Notes under the pieces: model-generated
The model's input: the letters and a program-made list of their open reading frames with translations, nothing else
Told to the model about the DNA's origin: nothing
The model's database searches: none
Position numbers and translations under genes: made by a program
NCBI GenBank assembly: GCA_965249835.1
Contig: CBDFMY010000003.1
Span: forward strand, 1,249,979 to 1,313,978
Source: Candidatus Poriferihabitaceae bacterium
Lineage (GTDB): Bacteria > Pseudomonadota > Gammaproteobacteria > Arenicellales > Poriferihabitantaceae
DNA length: 64,000 bases
Direction of reading: 5' to 3'
In this document: in pieces, positions 30,929 to 39,219 of the stretch
Position numbering within the stretch: position 1 is the first letter of the stretch
Layout: every line of letters starts with the position of its first letter

Positions 30929-31909
30929 TTGCGCACAAATGACATAACAGAAATGAACACCTCCTCCGAAAATAAAAAAGACGACATTGTTCTCGGCGTC
31001 GGCATCATCATTGCGACCGTGTTCACCATGGCGTTCTCCGATGCCATCATCAAATATATCAGCGCGGACTTCCCCCTGTGGCAAATCTTTGTGGTGCGCT
31101 CGCTCGTGGCGATACCCGTTTTAATCGCCATCGTATTGTTCGCATCGCAAATATCCGACATCCGCCCGCGCTCGCTGAAATGGACGATCACGCGCAGCAT
31201 GTTGCTGGTGTTTATGTACATAGCCATCTACGCGGCAGTGCCATTGCTGCCTTTATCGGTCATAGCGGCGTCGCTTTATACCGGACCGATTTTCGTTGCC
31301 TTGTTTTCGGCCTTTCTCATCGGCGAGCCGGTCGGGACACGAAGATGGATCGCGGTTGTTCTTGGATTCATGGGGGTTGTTGTTATTCTCCGCCCGGACA
31401 CGGAGGCTTTTTCATTCTATATGTTGATACCGGTTATCGCCGGCTTGTTTTATGCGCTGGCGGCGATTATCACCAGAGCGAAATGCATCGATGAAAATCC
31501 GAAAATACTTGCCATCATGCTCAACTTATCGATTTTGATTATCGGATTGCTGGCGAGCGGCGTTGTTGTCTTGGCTCAGCCGCTACTCCGACACGGCATA
31601 ACCTATCCGTTCCTTCTCGGCAACTGGATTGCCATGCGGCCGCGCGAATGGGGCGTGATCGCGCTCTTGTCCTTCCTCATCGTCATCATCGGCATCGGCT
31701 TGGCGAAAGCGTATCAATCTGCGCCGCCGCCTATCATCGCCACTTTCGATTACACCTATCTGCTGTTCGCCGCCTGGTGGGGATTTTTGTTTTTCTCCGA
31801 AATCCCGAACCTGGAAACGATCATTGGAATGGTGATAATTGTTATCGCTGGCTTTCTTGTGATTGGTTCTGGTGTCAATAAAGGCGGACAACAAAGACGC
31901 GTCGGTTGA
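30929..31909 (+). CDS. DMT-superfamily (EamA-like) transporter
   Basis: About 10 TM helices in two EamA-like halves. Alternative start at 30953 (MNTSSENKK). Confidence 0.7.
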   Translation: MRTNDITEMNTSSENKKDDIVLGVGIIIATVFTMAFSDAIIKYISADFPLWQIFVVRSLVAIPVLIAIVLFASQISDIRPRSLKWTITRSMLLVFMYIAIYAAVPLLPLSVIAASLYTGPIFVALFSAFLIGEPVGTRRWIAVVLGFMGVVVILRPDTEAFSFYMLIPVIAGLFYALAAIITRAKCIDENPKILAIMLNLSILIIGLLASGVVVLAQPLLRHGITYPFLLGNWIAMRPREWGVIALLSFLIVIIGIGLAKAYQSAPPPIIATFDYTYLLFAAWWGFLFFSEIPNLETIIGMVIIVIAGFLVIGSGVNKGGQQRRVG

Positions 31910-31920
31910 CTCGCTGGCAC

Positions 31921-32094
31921 TGATAGTTACCGCATCGGCCTGAACTGGAAATTCGGTTCGGCGATCGCTCTGGATGTGGTCGACCAGATCAATAACCGGC
32001 CGCGCAAATGCCTTGGCATGAAAACACCGAATCAGGCACTATTCGGCATAAATCCCCCTGTTGCACTTCGAGGTTGAATCCAAGGACTTATACA
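31921..32094 (+). mobile_element. IS30-family right-end remnant (transposase C-terminal about 35 codons plus terminus)
   Basis: Reads ...DVVDQINNRPRKCLGMKTPNQALFGINPPVALRG*, an IS30 C-terminal signature. The terminal ggttgaatccaaggacttataca is shared with 45801-45884. Confidence 0.65.
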
Positions 32095-32185
32095 CGCACT
32101 GGAATCGGCGGCGTGCTCGCCGTATAATCGCCATCATGACCCGCCATCCCCTTCCGGCAACCGCACGGTTGCAACGCCACGGGCA

Positions 32186-33508
32186 ATGGACATGACCGTC
32201 GCCAGCCACGAGACCATCCTCGTCATTGGCGGCGGCATCAGTGGCATGACCACGGCGCTGGAAGCGGCCGAATGTGGCAAGCAGGTAATCTTGATTGAAA
32301 AAAATCCGGCACTCGGTGGGCGCGTATCGCAACTGCATCGCTACTTCCCCAAACTTTGTCGCCCGACTTGCGGGCAAGAAATTAATCTGCGGCGCATCAA
32401 GGCGAATAAATTTCTGCGCGTTTTGACCATGGCCGAAATCACCAGCCTTAGCGGCGAGGCCGGCAACTACACCGCGCACATTAAAATTCATCCGCGTTAT
32501 GTGAATGAAAACTGCACCGCTTGCGGCGCATGCGCACGCGCCGTGAGTGCGCAAATTGACGACCCGCATAATTACGGCATGGGGAAAATCAGTGCCGCGT
32601 ATTTGCCCAACAACATGGCGTATCCGCAACGTTATGTTCTCGACCGGTCCATTGTCGGCACCGAACAGGGCGAAGCCGCAAAAGCCGCGTGTCCGGTGGA
32701 TGCGATTGATTTGGAGATGCAAGAGAAGGAAATAGAAATCACTTGCGGCGCGGTGGTTTTTGCCACCGGCTGGCGACCATATGATGCGGCGCGCATTGAA
32801 CCATATGGATACGCACGCTATGCCGATGTCATCACCAGCGTTGAGTTCGAGCGCATGATGGATCCATTTGGCCCGACCGCGGGAAAATTAACCCGACCGT
32901 CCAACGGTGAGGACGCGAAAGACATCGCATTCATTCAATGCGCCGGTTCGCGTGACCGCAATCATCTCGCGCATTGTTCGCGCATCTGTTGCATGGCATC
33001 GCTGAAACAAGCCACTTACCTTGCAGAGCAATACGGCGATGACCAAGACGCGCGTGCGACCATCTATTATATTGATATCCGAACCATCGATCGCTTTGAA
33101 GATTTTGAACGACAAGTGCGCGCCGATGCGCGCGTGCATTTTATTAAATCCAAAGTCGCCAGCATCGAGCAGGACGCGGACGGCAAACCGCTGCTGATCG
33201 GCGTTGACACCCACGGCTATCACCGCTACCAAAACGCGCACGACCTGGTTGTGCTGGCGATCGGTATGACCCCCAGTGTTGACATCGCTGCGTTGCTGAA
33301 AACCAATCACGAGGTCGCGGTGGATGCCGGCGGATTTATCGAACTTGAGCAGATCAATGGCGCAGAGAATGACGACACGCATGGCGTGTTCGCGGCCGGC
33401 TGCGCGTCCAATCCGCTGGATGTAAATCGCTCGGTGCAAAGTGCCACCGCGGCGGCGTTGCGCGCCATTCAGGTAGTCAATCGCGTGTCCCGCGCGCAAA
33501 AAACATGA
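32186..33508 (+). CDS. qmoA: QmoA (HdrA-like FAD-dependent oxidoreductase of the Qmo complex)
   Basis: ILVIGGGISGMTTALEAAECGKQVILIEKNPALGGR dinucleotide motif; HdrA-like body; directly followed (ATGA overlap) by qmoB. Confidence 0.8.
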   Translation: MDMTVASHETILVIGGGISGMTTALEAAECGKQVILIEKNPALGGRVSQLHRYFPKLCRPTCGQEINLRRIKANKFLRVLTMAEITSLSGEAGNYTAHIKIHPRYVNENCTACGACARAVSAQIDDPHNYGMGKISAAYLPNNMAYPQRYVLDRSIVGTEQGEAAKAACPVDAIDLEMQEKEIEITCGAVVFATGWRPYDAARIEPYGYARYADVITSVEFERMMDPFGPTAGKLTRPSNGEDAKDIAFIQCAGSRDRNHLAHCSRICCMASLKQATYLAEQYGDDQDARATIYYIDIRTIDRFEDFERQVRADARVHFIKSKVASIEQDADGKPLLIGVDTHGYHRYQNAHDLVVLAIGMTPSVDIAALLKTNHEVAVDAGGFIELEQINGAENDDTHGVFAAGCASNPLDVNRSVQSATAAALRAIQVVNRVSRAQKT

Positions 33509-35811
33509 ACGACTCAACGATAAAACTCGGCGCGTATTTGTGCAAAGGCTGCGGCTTGGGCGAGCGTCTTGATACGGATAAATTGGCCACGGTCGCCGAA
33601 CAAAGCGGCGCGACCACGGTCAAGACGCATGATTATTTGTGCAGTGCCGACGGCGTCGCCACTATCCGCGATGACATCGAAAACCAACAAGTCACCCATG
33701 TCGTCATCGGTGCTTGCTCGCGCCGCGCCAAAACCGAAGCGTTTGGTTTTGACGAAGCATCACACGAATCACATGGCGCGGCGGTGGCGCGGGCGAATTT
33801 GCGCGAAGGCGTGATTTGGACGCAACCGGATACGCCGGATGCGCGCGAGACCACCCAGGAGATGGCGGATGATTATGTGCGCATGGCATGCACCGAAGCG
33901 AAGTTCATGCAGTTGCCGAAAGCCGATGCCGAGAGCGCTGCCAACAAGCGCATTCTGGTGGTCGGCGGCGGCGTCAGCGGCATGACCGCGGCATGGCAAT
34001 CGGCGCGCGCCGGCTATGCGGTTTTGCTGGTGGAAAAAAGCCCCGCGCTCGGCGGCTGGGCGCGTTCGTTGCATCGTTGTCTGCCGCGCACCGAGCCACA
34101 TGCGCAACCGGTGCACAATGACATCGCGCAACTCATCAAGGCGGTGGAAGATCACGCTAGTATCACGGTGTTTTTGAATGCCACCGTAGCCAAAACCAGC
34201 GGTGCACCGGGGCGTTTTTCGGTGGACATTGCGAGTGGCCGCACCACCGTTACCGAGAACATCGGCGGCATCGTGCAAGCCAGTGGTTTCAGTCGGTACG
34301 ATGCCAACCGCCTGCCGGAATTTTCCTACGGCAAAACTCCGGATGTGATCGACCAAACCGAGTTGGAGGCACTGGCGGTCAAAGCCGGCGACAATGGCGG
34401 CAATGGTGGCAATGGCGGAGTGATAACGCGCCCCTCCAACGGCAAACCGGTTAACAGCGTGGTGTTCGTGCAGTGCGCCGGCCAACGCTCGCAAAAGCCC
34501 GGACATCTGCCATATTGCTCCGGTTATTGTTGCAACGTAAGCATCAAGCAGGCGATGTATTTCAAGGAGCAAAACCCCGACATTGATACCAATGTGATTT
34601 ATTCCGACCTGCGCACGCCCGGCAACGGCGAGGATTTTTATCGTGCGGCGCAACAGCAAGGCGTGGTGTTCACCAACGGCGAGGTGGCCTCGGTTGTGCC
34701 TGATGCCGAACAGTTGGCGGTGCATTTTCGCGATCATATCTTGCACCAAGACGCGGTCGCGCACGCCGATCTGGTGGTGCTGGCAACCGGGCAAGTGCCG
34801 AATTCGGGGGTGGATATCGAGGCCGACAATGACGCCGGGGATGCCGAGGGCAAGAGTGCCGAGGGTAGCGCCGAAAATAAAAAACCCGGCGAGGTCAGGG
34901 TTTCGGTGGAGTCCATTCTCAATCTCGATTACCGTCAGGGTCCCGACCTGCCGCATTTGAAACACGGCTTCAGCGATTCGCATTTCATCTGTTTCCCATA
35001 TGAGACGCGCCGCACCGGCATTTACGCGTGCGGTCCGGTGCGCCGCCCGATGGACATTCAGCAATCCATTGAAGATGCCACCGGCGCAGCGATGAAGGCG
35101 ATTCAATCGGTCGAAGCCGCCAACTTCGGGCGTGCCGCGCATCCGCGTGTCGGCGATTTGTCCTATCCGAGTTTCCGCAAGGACGGCTGCACCCAGTGTA
35201 AGCGTTGCACCGTGGAATGTCCGTTCGGCGCCATCGACGAAGATGAAAACGGCTATCCGCAGTTCAACGAATCGCGCTGCCGGCGTTGCGGCACTTGCAT
35301 GGGCGCGTGTCCGGTGCGCGTGATTTCGTTTGAAAATTATTCGGTGGACACCGTCGGCCAGCAAATCAAAGCCATTGAAATGCCCGATGAATTCGACGAG
35401 AAGCCGCGCATCCTGATTCTCGCTTGTGAAAACGATGCCTATCCGGCGCTGGATATGGCGGCGCACAACCGCATCCAATACAACGCCTTCGTGCGCGTGA
35501 TTCCGATTCGCTGCCTGGGTTCGGTGAATTTGATCTGGGTGACCGATGCGATTAACTCCGGCTTTGACGGCATCATGATGATGGGCTGCAAAAAGGGTGA
35601 TGACTATCAATGTCACTTCGTGCGCGGTTCCGAGTTGGCGCACGAGCGCATGAGCAAGATTGACGACACCTTAACGCAATTGCAACTGGAAACCGAGCGC
35701 GTGCAAACGTTTGAAGTGGAAATCACTGACATTGAACGCGTGCCGAAACTGATTAACGACTACGCCGAAAAAATAGACGCGCTCGGCATGAATCCGTTCA
35801 AAGGGTTTTGA
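33505..35811 (+). CDS. qmoB: QmoB (HdrA-like flavoprotein with 2x[4Fe-4S] and C-terminal MvhD-like domain)
   Basis: ILVVGGGVSGMTAAWQSA; ferredoxin motifs CTQCKRCTVECP and CRRCGTCMGACP; C-terminal ILACENDAYP...IPIRCLGSVN (MvhD/FlpD-like). Confidence 0.85.
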   Translation: MNDSTIKLGAYLCKGCGLGERLDTDKLATVAEQSGATTVKTHDYLCSADGVATIRDDIENQQVTHVVIGACSRRAKTEAFGFDEASHESHGAAVARANLREGVIWTQPDTPDARETTQEMADDYVRMACTEAKFMQLPKADAESAANKRILVVGGGVSGMTAAWQSARAGYAVLLVEKSPALGGWARSLHRCLPRTEPHAQPVHNDIAQLIKAVEDHASITVFLNATVAKTSGAPGRFSVDIASGRTTVTENIGGIVQASGFSRYDANRLPEFSYGKTPDVIDQTELEALAVKAGDNGGNGGNGGVITRPSNGKPVNSVVFVQCAGQRSQKPGHLPYCSGYCCNVSIKQAMYFKEQNPDIDTNVIYSDLRTPGNGEDFYRAAQQQGVVFTNGEVASVVPDAEQLAVHFRDHILHQDAVAHADLVVLATGQVPNSGVDIEADNDAGDAEGKSAEGSAENKKPGEVRVSVESILNLDYRQGPDLPHLKHGFSDSHFICFPYETRRTGIYACGPVRRPMDIQQSIEDATGAAMKAIQSVEAANFGRAAHPRVGDLSYPSFRKDGCTQCKRCTVECPFGAIDEDENGYPQFNESRCRRCGTCMGACPVRVISFENYSVDTVGQQIKAIEMPDEFDEKPRILILACENDAYPALDMAAHNRIQYNAFVRVIPIRCLGSVNLIWVTDAINSGFDGIMMMGCKKGDDYQCHFVRGSELAHERMSKIDDTLTQLQLETERVQTFEVEITDIERVPKLINDYAEKIDALGMNPFKGF
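35481..35811 (+). repeat. 331-bp direct repeat, copy 1 (native 3' end of qmoB)
   Basis: Matches 37536-37866 at 329 of 331 positions (differences at 35553 and 35559, both synonymous). Confidence 0.95.
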
Positions 35812-35905
35812 TAGTACTCTGAAGATTTCGGCACGGAATCAGTTTGCAATCCCATGAAAGAAACTATAGTGTTCATAACTAGGTGATTTCAACCAACCCA
35901 ATTTT

Positions 35906-36808
35906 ATGTATCAGCGACCGGCATCCACTCTTTCCACATTTGCCGAAGCAAATGTCAGGCAAGCCGATATTTTTCAGGCTGACGGGACGGACGTTTGCAG
36001 TGAGAAATTTGTGGGTTGCAGTATTGACCAGTATTATACCAAACCTGAAATAGTTTCGATCTGTTTGCGCGAATTGGGCAGGTTGTCCGAGTTTGATTGC
36101 GTGATTGAACCTAGTGCCGGCGATGGTGCATTTTTTTCCAAGATTAAGCATAGCAACTTAATAGGATTGGATATTACTCCGCATCATCCAGCGATTAAAA
36201 AAGCAAACTGGCTGACTTACAAAATAGACAGCGCATACAAAAAAGTGGTGGTGGTGGGTAACCCGCCATTTGGCAGATTTAATAATTTGTCCGCGGCATT
36301 TATCCAACATGCATTAAAATTCCCCGCAGTTTCGTGCATCGGTTTTATTTTGCCCGATGTGTATAACAAACATACCCGACAAGCGATACTGCCAAGCCAT
36401 TGGCGCATTAAAACGAACCATAAATTGCCGCGCAATGCGTTTTTGTATGAAGGAGAAACCCAACATGTGCCATGTTCGTTTTTTGTGTTTTGTCGGTCAC
36501 AGGGCAAGGATTTGCGTGTACCGACCAAATTGCCGAACATTGCGGATTTTAGCTTTTCCAATTGCAAAGATTACGATGTGTTTATTTTTGGTGCTGCACC
36601 AAAAAATATATTACGGCAGGGGGAAGTTAAGAAAAATAATCGCGGGCATTTTCTGAAATCACATATTGATGTTAATCGGTTAATTGCCAACTTAAACGCG
36701 GTGGTTTGGCAAGGCAACTCATGTGCAAGCGGCGGTGTGTATTGGCTGACCAAAAATGAATTGGCGATGCAGTATTATCACAGACACACGATTGGGCCAA
36801 AACCATGA
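35906..36808 (+). CDS. Gamma-class N6-adenine DNA methyltransferase (compact, 300 aa)
   Basis: Order QYYTKPEIV (motif X), VIEPSAGDGAFF (motif I), VVVGNPPFG (motif IV NPPF). AT-rich. Confidence 0.8.
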   Translation: MYQRPASTLSTFAEANVRQADIFQADGTDVCSEKFVGCSIDQYYTKPEIVSICLRELGRLSEFDCVIEPSAGDGAFFSKIKHSNLIGLDITPHHPAIKKANWLTYKIDSAYKKVVVVGNPPFGRFNNLSAAFIQHALKFPAVSCIGFILPDVYNKHTRQAILPSHWRIKTNHKLPRNAFLYEGETQHVPCSFFVFCRSQGKDLRVPTKLPNIADFSFSNCKDYDVFIFGAAPKNILRQGEVKKNNRGHFLKSHIDVNRLIANLNAVVWQGNSCASGGVYWLTKNELAMQYYHRHTIGPKP

Positions 36809-37395
36809 AATTAACAAGACAAGACAAAAGAGACATGAGGTCATTGGCAACGACTGTTTATGAAAGCCAAGCAAAGTCCAGTGTTTTGGTGATGCGAGTC
36901 AAAGATAAATTAATAGCGGCCGAACTTACCGGAGTAGTAACCGCGGTGGAATTTTATCGAATCACTGCATTGATGAGCACTCAAATGCGCGCGCCGTTAT
37001 GGGAAAAATATTTTATTGAAAAACATGGATTTAATCGGGTTCAACCCGCTGAAAACCAAGGTGATATGGAAAAAAACGGAAATTACTACGAATATAAGGC
37101 ATCTGGATTTAACGCCAAAAATGAATTGAGACTCCTCCAAATTCGGCATTGGCAAAATTGCGATTACATATTCCAATTTATATCCGGCGAAGGGGCAGAC
37201 ACATTTTGCCTTACCAAAAAACAAATGAAAGTCGAAATGAAAATCAATAAAGCTCACCCGGCACATGGCACAAAGACAGTCAATTTAAATAATAAAATGG
37301 TGGAATACATGATGACTGTGAAGAGAGAAAGAATGAATGATGTTTGGATGAAAAAGTATTTTGTTGCAGACCCGTTACAGATAGGCGTTGTCTGA
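36805..37395 (+). CDS. Hypothetical protein, candidate PD-(D/E)xK restriction endonuclease partner
   Basis: The start overlaps the MTase stop (ATGA). GDMEKNGNYYEYKAS gives D-x9-E-x-K spacing. 196 aa, AT-rich. No recognisable family otherwise. Confidence 0.45.
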   Translation: MKLTRQDKRDMRSLATTVYESQAKSSVLVMRVKDKLIAAELTGVVTAVEFYRITALMSTQMRAPLWEKYFIEKHGFNRVQPAENQGDMEKNGNYYEYKASGFNAKNELRLLQIRHWQNCDYIFQFISGEGADTFCLTKKQMKVEMKINKAHPAHGTKTVNLNNKMVEYMMTVKRERMNDVWMKKYFVADPLQIGVV

Positions 37396-37512
37396 TATTA
37401 AATTACAAAGACGATTTTTCATTACAAAAATAACTGCTCCAACCATGTCCGGTATCCGCCCACAAGTCGGTATAATTGACGGAATTCGGAAAATCTCCAA
37501 TCAATCGCCCCA

Positions 37513-37866
37513 ATGAATCCAATCGAAAAATATCGCAACGCCTTCGTGCGCGTGATTCCGATTCGCTGCCTGGGTTCGGTGAATTTGATCTGGGTGACCG
37601 ATGCGATCAACTCTGGCTTTGACGGCATCATGATGATGGGCTGCAAAAAGGGTGATGACTATCAATGTCACTTCGTGCGCGGTTCCGAGTTGGCGCACGA
37701 GCGCATGAGCAAGATTGACGACACCTTAACGCAATTGCAACTGGAAACCGAGCGCGTGCAAACGTTTGAAGTGGAAATCACTGACATTGAACGCGTGCCG
37801 AAACTGATTAACGACTACGCCGAAAAAATAGACGCGCTCGGCATGAATCCGTTCAAAGGGTTTTGA
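37513..37866 (+). pseudogene. Chimeric fragment: hdrC-like start (MNPIEKYRN) fused to a duplicate of the last 110 codons of qmoB
   Basis: From 37536 on it is identical (2 synonymous changes) to the qmoB 3' end. 37513-37539 (ATGAATCCAATCGAAAAATATCGCAAC) resembles the hdrC start ATGAACTCC...GAAAAATACCGCAAC at 39220. Confidence 0.8.
37536..37866 (+). repeat. 331-bp direct repeat, copy 2
   Basis: See copy 1; offset is exactly 2055 bp. Confidence 0.95.
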
Positions 37867-38018
37867 GCGTGATTATATTTGGCATGTTGTTTTTAATTGT
37901 GGTGATATTCGCATCTATATCTGCTATCTTTGTATGCCACCACCTTCTTGGTCGCATTCTGGCCGTTTAGTATATTGCTCTCATTATTAGAAATCGCTGT
38001 CAATCAAGTGTTTGAACA

Positions 38019-39218
38019 ATGAATCTGCAAATTCCCAACCGCGCATTATTCACCGGCGACAACCTGCCGATTTTGCGCGGCATAAACTGCGACAGCGTTG
38101 ATTTGATTTACCTCGACCCACCGTTCAACTCCAACAAAGAATACTCGGCAGTGGAAGGAAGCGAAGCGGCCGGCGCGTCTTTCAAGGATGCGTGGACGCT
38201 TTCGGATGAAGATGAATCGTGGCACGCCGCGTTGAAATCGCATCATCCGAAGTTATACGCGATCATTCATGTGGCCGGTGCGGTTGGTGACTCCGGCGAC
38301 AAATCGTATTTGATTTACATGGCGGTTCGCATTTTGGAATTGCGCCGCATTATGAAAAACACCAGTAGCATTTATTTGCATATCGACCCGACCATGAGTC
38401 ACAGTCTGAAGTTGGTGATGGATGCGATTTTTGGCAATGGCGGATTTGTTAATGAGATTATCTGGTATTACAAAAACGCATCGCGTGGCAAAAAACGTTT
38501 TGCCAAAAGCCACGATGTGATTTTATGGTATGCAAAGGGCGCGCCGCAGTTTAACCGTGATGATGTGCTGACACCGTTTGCAAGCGGCATGACCAAATGG
38601 CGTTATACGCATGGCGGTCAGCGCGGCAATCCCATTCCAAAAGGAAAAACGCCGGATGATGTGTTTGAGATTCCCGCGTTGAATGCCATGGCAAAGGAGC
38701 GCATGGGTTACCCGACGCAAAAACCGCTGGCGTTGCTGAATCGCATCATCAAGGCGAGCAGCAACGAGGGCGACACCGTGCTCGATCCGTTTTGCGGTTG
38801 CGCCACCACTTGCGTTGCGGCGGAAGTGTTACACCGCAAATGGATTGGTATTGATATCAGCCCGAAGGCGTTGGAGTTGGTGAAGACGCGGCTCGGCCGG
38901 GAAGTGCTCGGTGAGGGCAAAGTGTTCAAGGGCGAAGTCGTTCATCGCACCGACATCCCGCATCGTATCGATATTCCGCGCATCACACTGTCGGACACCG
39001 AAATTCGCAAAAGGTTATATGGCAACCAGGCCGGGCTATGCAATGGTTGCGGATTTCATTTTCCCATTCAGAACTTTGAGCGCGATCACATTGTCCCGCC
39101 CTGCCAAGGCGGTGCCGATATAATGGAAAACTTTCAATTGCTGTGCGGTAACTGCAATCGCGTCAAAGGCAATCGCACCATGGAATATTTGAAAGCGCGC
39201 CTTCTCGAGAAACAATAA
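38019..39218 (+). CDS. Beta-class DNA methyltransferase fused to a C-terminal HNH endonuclease domain
   Basis: IYLDPPFNSN (motif IV) then DPFCGCATTCVAAE (motif I) and PTQKP. The C-terminal 70 aa read CNGCG...FERDHIVPPCQGG...NFQLLCGNCNRVKGN (HNH with a Cys4 zinc pattern). Confidence 0.85.
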   Translation: MNLQIPNRALFTGDNLPILRGINCDSVDLIYLDPPFNSNKEYSAVEGSEAAGASFKDAWTLSDEDESWHAALKSHHPKLYAIIHVAGAVGDSGDKSYLIYMAVRILELRRIMKNTSSIYLHIDPTMSHSLKLVMDAIFGNGGFVNEIIWYYKNASRGKKRFAKSHDVILWYAKGAPQFNRDDVLTPFASGMTKWRYTHGGQRGNPIPKGKTPDDVFEIPALNAMAKERMGYPTQKPLALLNRIIKASSNEGDTVLDPFCGCATTCVAAEVLHRKWIGIDISPKALELVKTRLGREVLGEGKVFKGEVVHRTDIPHRIDIPRITLSDTEIRKRLYGNQAGLCNGCGFHFPIQNFERDHIVPPCQGGADIMENFQLLCGNCNRVKGNRTMEYLKARLLEKQ

Positions 39219-39219
39219 A

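Noticed and set aside
33769-35643. 624-aa ORF on the minus strand
   Set aside because: It is entirely antisense to qmoB, whose + strand product has clear FAD, Fe-S and MvhD motifs. The product is Arg/Ala/His-rich low-complexity sequence, typical of shadow ORFs in GC-rich DNA. Its N-terminus recurs at 37501-37698 only because of the 331-bp duplication.
37884-37970. 28-aa strongly hydrophobic ORF (MLFLIVVIFASISAIFVCHHLLGRILAV) between the qmoB' duplicate and the MTase-HNH gene; possible type I toxin-like peptide
   Set aside because: There is no convincing RBS, no visible antisense RNA or promoter features, and AT-rich DNA readily yields such ORFs. Noted only as something to check in ribosome-profiling data.
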